A stretch of DNA of 42,242 nt from sequence record PX871047.1; one strand, written 5' to 3'. Shown here piece after piece: positions 17,463-24,859 of this stretch. The notes under the pieces were generated by a model. The model was not told the origin of the DNA. It saw nothing but the letters and a program-made list of their open reading frames with translations, and did no database searches. This DNA comes from a phage. The translations under genes and the position numbers were made by a program. Position 1 is the stretch's first letter; each line of letters starts with the position of its first letter.

Positions 17463-17947
17463 TATTTATTGCTCCCGTGTGATTTTAAGTGTGTAGAGTT
17501 CCCGTTACAGTCGTATTCAGTAACCGCGTGCGTAGTGACTCCTAAGCCGCGGAAATGCTTAATCACCGCGGGCGAGTCGTCGAATGCGCACAATATTCTC
17601 TCCAGCCCGATAGCACGCAACACCTCTTCTTTAATTACGATGTCTTTTCTGTTGTCGTGTTTGCTGCGCATGATTAGCTGATAAAATTCGACGCGGTGGC
17701 GCTGCAGCCACATTCTGGTTTCTTTTTCTGCATCATCACTGCGGCCCGTTAAAATAATAACGGCATAGCGACGATTAAGGGCGTTACACAGTTCGATGTT
17801 ATCTTTAATGGGCGCGTCATCTTTGCAGGCCATGTTAAAAGGCTTCCACGCCCATGTTTCGTTGTAGTTATCTTTCGGTAGCAGGTGTAAACGATGAGTA
17901 CCGTCCGCCAATGTCCCGTCTAAATCGAAAATCACAATATCTTTCAT
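17462..17947 (-). CDS. HAD-family phosphatase, T4 polynucleotide kinase-phosphatase phosphatase-domain-like
   Basis: N-terminal FDLDGTLA (DxDxT) motif; later TGR...DNRKDIVIKEEV block recalled as similar to T4 Pnkp phosphatase domain. Confidence 0.55.
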   Translation of the reverse strand: MKDIVIFDLDGTLADGTHRLHLLPKDNYNETWAWKPFNMACKDDAPIKDNIELCNALNRRYAVIILTGRSDDAEKETRMWLQRHRVEFYQLIMRSKHDNRKDIVIKEEVLRAIGLERILCAFDDSPAVIKHFRGLGVTTHAVTEYDCNGNSTHLKSHGSNK

Positions 17948-19074
17948 CCCAGCATCTCCGGTGAAATAGTTAAACGTGCAACCTCACCATATTCGGCGCT
18001 ATAAGTAATTACATTTGCACTGCGCCCTGACATCCAACCGCCGCGTGAGGCATAGGCGTCTTTAGCCGCTAAGGTTCGGTGTTGCTCAACAATCATGTTA
18101 CGGCTTTCTACAATCTTCTGATGGTGCAGGTGGCCTACGTGGGCGTAGCTGTAAACACTCTCTCCGAACGCTTTGCGGAACTTAGCAATCATTACCGGTT
18201 CGATAGCGTCGAATCGTGCTTTATGCCCGTGATGGAAGAACAGCGTCGTTTTGCCGTGTTGCACCATCTTGTAAACATCCGGCGACGTATCGACGAACAC
18301 ACGAGGCTCATTGTCGTACAGCGTGCTGAACATCTCAGCCAGCCAAATCATTCCGCTTTCGTCGTGGTTCCCTTGCACGATAAGCAAGCGAACATTTTTA
18401 TGCTTAACGAGTGCCATATCAACAACACGGCGGACCATACGAATCATGTAGCGGACCAGTTTCTGATAGCGCGTGTCCGCGTCAAGAACATGACCACTCG
18501 CTGGCGTAACCGCATCCAGGCTATCGAAGTGTGCAAGGTCACCTAGCAGATTAATAACACCCGTTCCTGCATCCGGCGCTTTCTGAAACGCAGCATCGAA
18601 CCAGCGAGAGAACAGGTCTTCCGCAATCTTCATATCCCAGTCGTCGCCGCTCTCGTCGGCCCAGGCCAGCATACCGAGATGGAAATCAGACACAGTGTAA
18701 AGGTTGAGTAGTTTATCGTCGCGTTTAGCGCGGGCGGCTTTAACAGGCGCAACTGGCGTAATCTCTGACTTCATGCCTTCGATTACGGCTTTCATCAACT
18801 CGACCTGACGTTCGGCGTCAGTGTCTGTCTTAACCCATTGCAACTTAGTGTTGCCGGACTCATCCACCAGGGACGACGTCCCTTTAATCTTGTAGCCGTC
18901 AGGAACAAGGTGACTAACGTCACGCCCGTGACCCACGCCTTTCTTGGCCAGCTTCGCTTTACGGATACGAATAACGCGGTCTGAGATGCCGTATTTACGG
19001 GCAATGTCGATATTCTTCATCCCGGCGTTCAATTCTTCCTGTAACTGTTCGTCGGTTATTTTCTTCCGGGCCAT
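17944..19074 (-). CDS. HTH-domain calcineurin-like metallophosphoesterase
   Basis: N-terminal HTH-like NIDIARKYGISDRVIRIRK; metallophosphoesterase motifs DFHLG, GDLAHFD, GNHD, HHGH, GHLHH. Confidence 0.6.
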   Translation of the reverse strand: MARKKITDEQLQEELNAGMKNIDIARKYGISDRVIRIRKAKLAKKGVGHGRDVSHLVPDGYKIKGTSSLVDESGNTKLQWVKTDTDAERQVELMKAVIEGMKSEITPVAPVKAARAKRDDKLLNLYTVSDFHLGMLAWADESGDDWDMKIAEDLFSRWFDAAFQKAPDAGTGVINLLGDLAHFDSLDAVTPASGHVLDADTRYQKLVRYMIRMVRRVVDMALVKHKNVRLLIVQGNHDESGMIWLAEMFSTLYDNEPRVFVDTSPDVYKMVQHGKTTLFFHHGHKARFDAIEPVMIAKFRKAFGESVYSYAHVGHLHHQKIVESRNMIVEQHRTLAAKDAYASRGGWMSGRSANVITYSAEYGEVARLTISPEMLG

Positions 19075-19112
19075 GCTTATGTCCTCATGTGTAGGATTTG
19101 TCCTATACTAGC

Positions 19113-19304
19113 TTACTTCTCGTTAACATTCGAGTTGCAAGCCCAGATTAAAATAAAGACCCACGGCAGCAGAGCCCAGCCAAGAAACAGGTTAGCCATG
19201 AATATTGCCAACTTCGCTTTATGGCCACGCATATGGGCTACTAAAAACGGGATAAAATAAACTAAAACGATAATGATTAAGAAGAACATAGTAATGCCAG
19301 TCAT
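19113..19304 (-). CDS. superinfection-immunity-like small membrane protein
   Basis: Two TM segments with RGH...NLFLGWALLPW pattern; AGGAGC RBS; first gene after promoter 19346-19374. Confidence 0.5.
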   Translation of the reverse strand: MTGITMFFLIIIVLVYFIPFLVAHMRGHKAKLAIFMANLFLGWALLPWVFILIWACNSNVNEK

Positions 19305-19345
19305 GGTGTAGCTCCTGTTTGAGTTAACATTGTTGGTGTAAGTGA

Positions 19346-19374
19346 ATAGTATCCTATTATGTTGGGGTGTGCAA
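19346..19374 (-). promoter_or_regulatory. promoter with embedded AATAG-N4-CTATT dyad (type A)
   Basis: Minus strand TTGCAC - 17 nt - TACTAT; 33-bp block 19342-19374 identical to reverse complement of 41273-41305. Confidence 0.6.
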
Positions 19375-19481
19375 GTAATGTGTTAGAATTATTTTGCGCC
19401 TAGTGTCGCACACGAAAAGCGGGTGGTTCCCGTCTGGCGCATTCACATTAACCAGTAACCTCTTAACCAAAGGATTAAAGA

Positions 19482-19898
19482 ATGAAACTTTCTGATTTTT
19501 ATTACGAAGCTGAGGCAGAAAAAGGCGCCCGTATGCCGATCCCACTGAAAGACGGCACCGATTCAGGGGAGTGGCTGAACGTTGTTTCACCGGAGGCAGA
19601 CGTTGCCGTTAAAGCTATGAGGGCGTTTACACTTGCGTACCGCGCGGCATTAGGTAAATTGAAACCGCTTCGTGATAAATGCGAGGAACTGAAAGATTTC
19701 TCGGAATACAATATCAAGATGGAAGACGCCGCAACGGACCTTAACCGCCAGTTAGCGCTTGAACTGGTTAACGGTTGGAGTCTCGACGATGAATTTAATA
19801 AAGAGAACCTAAATACTCTTTTCTCACAATATACACGACTCGCTGAACACGTTGTTGTTTTCCACAATGAACAGCTACGCCAATTGCAGGAAAAGTAG
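19482..19898 (+). CDS. tail assembly chaperone (G-like, putative)
   Basis: Acidic 138-aa ORF directly upstream of tape measure; followed by -1 frame ORF. Confidence 0.45.
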   Translation: MKLSDFYYEAEAEKGARMPIPLKDGTDSGEWLNVVSPEADVAVKAMRAFTLAYRAALGKLKPLRDKCEELKDFSEYNIKMEDAATDLNRQLALELVNGWSLDDEFNKENLNTLFSQYTRLAEHVVVFHNEQLRQLQEK

Positions 19899-20263
19899 AC
19901 GCGTTGCTCCAGTTTGCCCGTTGGAACTTCATAACCCGCCACAAACGGCGGGAGTTTGACAGTATCGCAGATGGGCATAAAGCCGCGCTAATTGCTATGG
20001 GGGCTATGCAAGACGCGCCGGAAGCAACGCAGGACACCGGGCCGGAATGCCCCCCTGAACTATTAACCACCTTCGAGAAGTACCGGGAAATCAAATTTAC
20101 CCGCCGAGTGGATGACGACGGCATCAAGATGTACCCGCGCGAACAGTTAAGATGGTCGGATTTAGTGGCATACAGCACCGTTTCAGGCCAGAATATAGGC
20201 ATGTTTGAATCTGACATCATCATGAGCTTAGACGCTATTTTCGAGGGTAGAAACGATGGCTGA
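19889..20263 (+). CDS. tail assembly chaperone frameshift extension (GT-like, putative)
   Basis: ORF in -1 frame relative to 19482..19898, open from 19871; candidate slip site A_AAG at 19892-19895 next to TAG stop. Confidence 0.35.
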   Translation, partial: GKVDALLQFARWNFITRHKRREFDSIADGHKAALIAMGAMQDAPEATQDTGPECPPELLTTFEKYREIKFTRRVDDDGIKMYPREQLRWSDLVAYSTVSGQNIGMFESDIIMSLDAIFEGRNDG

Positions 20264-22592
20264 TGTAGCTAGTTTAGTTGTAAAGGTATCAGAGCAAGGC
20301 GCGAAAGCTACATCTGACCGCCTTGATAATCTCTCCAAGTCGGCAAAAGTAGCAGGGGCAGCCGTAGCTGGCCTCGCTTCCATCGTCGCCGCTACCGCGT
20401 ACAAGGCCGCACAGGAACTGGTAGACTCCCAACGGCAACTGGACAAGATGTCCGCCAGCCTGAAAACGCTAACCGGAAGCACGCAGGGTGCAAGACAGGC
20501 GTTAAGCATCCTGCAAGACTTCGCGCGCGACACTCCGTATGGCCTTGAACAGGCGGTGGAGGGATTCCGCAAACTTGTGGCGCTTGGTCTTACACCGTCA
20601 GAAGAAGCGTTGCGCTCCTACGGAAACACCGCCGCCGCTATGGGTAAAGACCTAAATCAGATGATTGAGGCCGTTGCGGACGCCAGTACATTTGAATTTG
20701 AGCGCCTTAAAGAATTCGGCATCAAGGCCAAGCAAAACAAAGACGATGTTGAATTTACATTCCAGGGCACTACTACGGTGGTTAAGAAGAGCGCTGCCGA
20801 CATCGAGCAATACCTGCTCAACATTGGTAACGTAAACTTCGCGGGGGCTATGGCGGACCAGGCCAACACACTTAACGGGGCCATCGCCAGTGCCAGCGAT
20901 TCCTGGTCGCAGTTAAAAATGACACTGGCTACCAGCCTTGATGTTGGTGCTCTTGCGGGGCCTATCCGGTACATCGATGATTTAATCCAGGAACTTAACG
21001 CACAGGTAGCATCCGGTGAACTCGCCGCCGAGATGCGTATGTGGGGTGTCATCGCGTCGGAAGTAGGAAGCGCGATAGAGATGTCGTTCGATGCGGCATT
21101 TGGTTTCGTAGGTGATGCGATAAATGGACTTAATGAACTTTGGGATTTTAGCAGTAAAAGTATCACCGACAGCGGCGAACAAACGGCGACAACCATCGCG
21201 GAATCAGCTGCCGATGCGCTCGATTTCATCGCAGAAGAATTTACCGCGATGGAGCGCTTCTTTGAAGATATGGTTAAAGGGGCACAGGACGCCGGGCGAC
21301 TAGTGAAAGCAGCCTTCACACCGGGGGAATCTGTAGACGTCGCAAAAAACATTAACTTCCAGCTGGGTATGGCACTGGATACTCAGCGTGATGTTGCGGA
21401 CCTGACCCGTAAAAGTTTCCGCGAACAGGTGGAGGCCCAGCAAAATATTGTCGCGCTTAAACGCGCAGCATATGACATCGACAAAGAAGCCGCTAAGGAA
21501 GAAGGGCTTAGTAAATTTAAGGTAACTGGTACTGGTGGCGGGTCCGAAGATGATAACGCTAGCGCAAAAGCCGCCAAGAAAGCTGCGGATGCGTTCGAGC
21601 GCCAGAAGAAAGCCGCTGAGGATTTCTACTACCAGTCGATTCATCTCAATGATGACGTATTCCAGAAAATAGAAGCCAACCAGGAACAGCAGTTAACCAA
21701 GCTACAGGAGTTTTACGGCAATCAGCTTCTTAGCGACCAGCAATACGAAAACGCCAAAACTCAGATTATGCTGGAAGCGGATACTGCTCGCCAGGAGGAA
21801 CTCGCTAAGCGAGAGAAAGAAAGGCAGGAAAAGAACCAGAAAGGCGAGGACTTCATGGCTCAGATTATGGGCCAGAACGCCGCTGAGCTTGAGCTTCTGG
21901 AGATTCAGGAGCAACAAAAACTTGACGTTGCAGACAAATACCGCGAACAGAACCTTATTAACGAGGAGCAGTACCAAGCAGCGGTTAACGCGATAAATGA
22001 CCAGTACGCATTGAAACGCGCCAACGCGACAGGTAATGCTTTCGGGATGATGGCGGATAATATTAAGTCGTCTCTCGGCGAAGCGTCTACGGCGTACAAA
22101 GCGTTTGCTATCGCCCAGGCCACCATAGCCACATACACATCCGCTATAGAGGCATATAAGTCCGCGTCCGCGATTCCTATTGTCGGCTGGGTGCTCGGCC
22201 CGGTGGCTGCTGCCGCAGCCGTAGCAGCGGGTCTGGCGAACATTGGTAAGATTCGCTCCGCACGTGAACAGGGGGGTAACCTAGCCGCCGGTCAGTTATC
22301 TACCATCGCAGAACGAAACAAACCAGAAGTTATCATGCCAGCAGGCGCATCGCGTGTTCGCACCGCACAGCAAATGAAAGAGATTATGGGCGAGAACGGC
22401 AACAAGTCAGGCGGTGACAGCGTTACAATCGTCAACAACACCACCGGACGTGTTGATTCCGCCGTTACAGAGCGTGACGACGAAGGGCGGTTACGTGTTA
22501 TCATCAGCGAAACAGTATCGGCGGCGTTACAAGACAGCAACAGTGCAATCTCTAAGTCACGCCGTGCTACACGAAACCAGCCGGGGTATTAA
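20256..22592 (+). CDS. tail tape measure protein
   Basis: 778 aa, Ala/Gln/Glu-rich coiled-coil character, position after chaperone pair. Confidence 0.7.
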   Translation: MADVASLVVKVSEQGAKATSDRLDNLSKSAKVAGAAVAGLASIVAATAYKAAQELVDSQRQLDKMSASLKTLTGSTQGARQALSILQDFARDTPYGLEQAVEGFRKLVALGLTPSEEALRSYGNTAAAMGKDLNQMIEAVADASTFEFERLKEFGIKAKQNKDDVEFTFQGTTTVVKKSAADIEQYLLNIGNVNFAGAMADQANTLNGAIASASDSWSQLKMTLATSLDVGALAGPIRYIDDLIQELNAQVASGELAAEMRMWGVIASEVGSAIEMSFDAAFGFVGDAINGLNELWDFSSKSITDSGEQTATTIAESAADALDFIAEEFTAMERFFEDMVKGAQDAGRLVKAAFTPGESVDVAKNINFQLGMALDTQRDVADLTRKSFREQVEAQQNIVALKRAAYDIDKEAAKEEGLSKFKVTGTGGGSEDDNASAKAAKKAADAFERQKKAAEDFYYQSIHLNDDVFQKIEANQEQQLTKLQEFYGNQLLSDQQYENAKTQIMLEADTARQEELAKREKERQEKNQKGEDFMAQIMGQNAAELELLEIQEQQKLDVADKYREQNLINEEQYQAAVNAINDQYALKRANATGNAFGMMADNIKSSLGEASTAYKAFAIAQATIATYTSAIEAYKSASAIPIVGWVLGPVAAAAAVAAGLANIGKIRSAREQGGNLAAGQLSTIAERNKPEVIMPAGASRVRTAQQMKEIMGENGNKSGGDSVTIVNNTTGRVDSAVTERDDEGRLRVIISETVSAALQDSNSAISKSRRATRNQPGY

Positions 22593-22595
22593 CCA

Positions 22596-23978
22596 ATGAG
22601 TGATTTGAGATTCCCTATGTCCCTTCGACCAATAGTGTCGAAGGGGTACTCCCAAACGCGAGGGAGTAATATCTGGCGTACAGAAGTGCAAGGCGGCGTT
22701 CCGCGTCAGGGCCGAGACACATACTTCGAACCGGTGCCGATTAGCGTTACCCTGGTTGTGTCGTCACTAGGCCGCCAGGCTTTCTATAGCTTTCTGAATA
22801 ACATAGACGGCGGGGCGTCTTCGTTCATCATGCCTCACGATACCGGTTTAGGTATCGAAGACCACCAGGTTCTTATTACGTCTGATATTAGCGATAGCAC
22901 TGACGATGGTAAGAACTGGGTGATTACGTTCACTGCTACGGCAGAGAGAACAGCGATTCAGGAAGATACATGCTTTACGAAGAATCTGCCAGATTTGTTC
23001 GGTTGCTACGGCGATTATTTAGGTAGTTTTCTGAAAATATACGCGAACTATGAGACTACGTTCCCGCGCATCTGGAGCGATGAAGGGCCCGCAGGATACC
23101 CGCCGATTAACCTTCTGGCGTCCGCCCTGGATAGCCGCATTGTGTACGACGGGCCGCAGGTTTATTACATCAACCGAAACGGCAATCTTGTGCAGTCCGC
23201 GGCTAATGAATGGCCTCTTACGTTTATTGATGGTGTCGCTGTCGGGCGTGTGCCGCCAGAAGGTGCCTCGCGCAATTTGTACATAAATTCGGAAACATGG
23301 GCAACTGGACTCCAAACATCTGTGCGGAATAATGCCGAAGTATCACCTCGCGGCGATATAACTATGGCGGAAGTCACTGCGACAACTTCAAACTCTGAGC
23401 ATTTCGCTAACGACAGGGCAATAGGGGTGCAGCAAGATGAGCTGTATTCATATTCAATATTTGTAAAAGCCGCTAGCGACCCACTAAACCTTTACCTAAG
23501 GGTGACAGCGGGCACCGTAGCGAGCACAATGTTCAACCCTGTTACTGGCGCATTTGTCGCGAACTTAGGAGTTAATTTTGTATCAAAAAATGCCGTTAGG
23601 GTTTCCGAGGACACATATAGGGTAACAATGGTCTTCCGGGCTGGCGCAACTAGAAACTCTGTTATCCGTGTGCAGCTTGCATCTAGTGTGTCCCCAATAT
23701 TCGCGGGTACTGGGGGAAATGGCATTTATGTATGGGGGGCGCAGTTAGAGAAATCGGCAAATACTACCAGTTACATACAGACATCAGCTATTGCAGGAGA
23801 TAGAGTATCGGCATCGGCAAAAGTAGTAATGAGCGGCGCAACGAGCATTGATATTACCTATTCCGATGGTTCTGTGGTAAACGTTCCGTCTGTTAACGGC
23901 TACGCCACCATTCCGCAGGCCGATTCTGCGTGGGGGAGTAAATATATCACTCGCATTGATTTTAACGTGGACGGTTAA
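22596..23978 (+). CDS. distal/minor tail protein
   Basis: First gene after tape measure. Confidence 0.45.
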   Translation: MSDLRFPMSLRPIVSKGYSQTRGSNIWRTEVQGGVPRQGRDTYFEPVPISVTLVVSSLGRQAFYSFLNNIDGGASSFIMPHDTGLGIEDHQVLITSDISDSTDDGKNWVITFTATAERTAIQEDTCFTKNLPDLFGCYGDYLGSFLKIYANYETTFPRIWSDEGPAGYPPINLLASALDSRIVYDGPQVYYINRNGNLVQSAANEWPLTFIDGVAVGRVPPEGASRNLYINSETWATGLQTSVRNNAEVSPRGDITMAEVTATTSNSEHFANDRAIGVQQDELYSYSIFVKAASDPLNLYLRVTAGTVASTMFNPVTGAFVANLGVNFVSKNAVRVSEDTYRVTMVFRAGATRNSVIRVQLASSVSPIFAGTGGNGIYVWGAQLEKSANTTSYIQTSAIAGDRVSASAKVVMSGATSIDITYSDGSVVNVPSVNGYATIPQADSAWGSKYITRIDFNVDG

Positions 23979-23981
23979 CTT

Positions 23982-24497
23982 ATGAGCCAGGAATCAGTAG
24001 AAGCCGCCTATCGCCGCAAGCTGGCCTCAAATCCCGACGGCGAACTGGACTACATTACTCTTGAAATAACGCACCCGCTTCTCTCGAAGCGGTGGTTGCT
24101 TGTGCGCGGGACGTCTGACCTGACGGCAACGTTAGAGACCGGAGAAGTAGTTACGTTTGAGGCCACACCAATGGAGGCTAAAGGGGCCGCCAACAATAAC
24201 GACATGGACCAGCGGTCGTCGTTCGCATTACCTGATATTGGTAACCAGTTAGATGATGAGATGGACAGGATACCACCGGATAATACGGTGTTGCCTAAGT
24301 TTATATTCCGCCGTTTCGTCAGCACAGACTTAACCTATCCAGCGGATGGGCCTGTTGTTTACGAATTGCAGTCGATAAACCAGGAAAAGGGGATATTCAC
24401 AGCTGACGTCGGCGTCCCTATGTTGAACCAAAGAGCCACCGGTGAACTAATGACCCCTTCGGTAATCCCATTGTTGCGTGGTGTTTTGTCTACATGA
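23982..24497 (+). CDS. minor tail protein
   Basis: Tail-tip cluster position. Confidence 0.4.
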   Translation: MSQESVEAAYRRKLASNPDGELDYITLEITHPLLSKRWLLVRGTSDLTATLETGEVVTFEATPMEAKGAANNNDMDQRSSFALPDIGNQLDDEMDRIPPDNTVLPKFIFRRFVSTDLTYPADGPVVYELQSINQEKGIFTADVGVPMLNQRATGELMTPSVIPLLRGVLST

Positions 24498-24859
24498 ATA
24501 TTAATTCTTATACTGGGTTGCCGTACGATTTTCGCCGTCGTAATTGCTGGCACCACGTGCGTAACGTTCGTACCGACGCTGGTCTTTTTACGCCAGAGTT
24601 TAACGTCGCTTCACCAACACAGATTAACGACGCCTTCGAAGAAGGCCATAAAGACACTAAAGGCCTCGTACGCGTAGAAACTCCGCAAAACTTCGATGCC
24701 GTGCTGATGGCGACACGGCACAGAAACCGTGTAATCTGGCACGCTGGCGTATATTATGATGGTATGGTCAGTCATTGCGAGTTAGCAAGTCGCCAGGTAC
24801 GGTTAGACCGACTGGAAGACTTGCGCGAAACTTATGCGGAGATAGAATTTTGGCGCTGA
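24494..24859 (+). CDS. tail assembly protein, possible Cys/His peptidase-like
   Basis: NCWHH...HAGVYY...SHC residues; position in tail-tip cluster. Confidence 0.35.
   Translation: MNINSYTGLPYDFRRRNCWHHVRNVRTDAGLFTPEFNVASPTQINDAFEEGHKDTKGLVRVETPQNFDAVLMATRHRNRVIWHAGVYYDGMVSHCELASRQVRLDRLEDLRETYAEIEFWR

Noticed and set aside
24775-24849. ATG 24775 as start of the tail fibre gene
   Set aside because: Would overlap the preceding gene by 85 nt and lacks an RBS; TTG 24850 with GGAGAT upstream (or ATG 24922) fits better.
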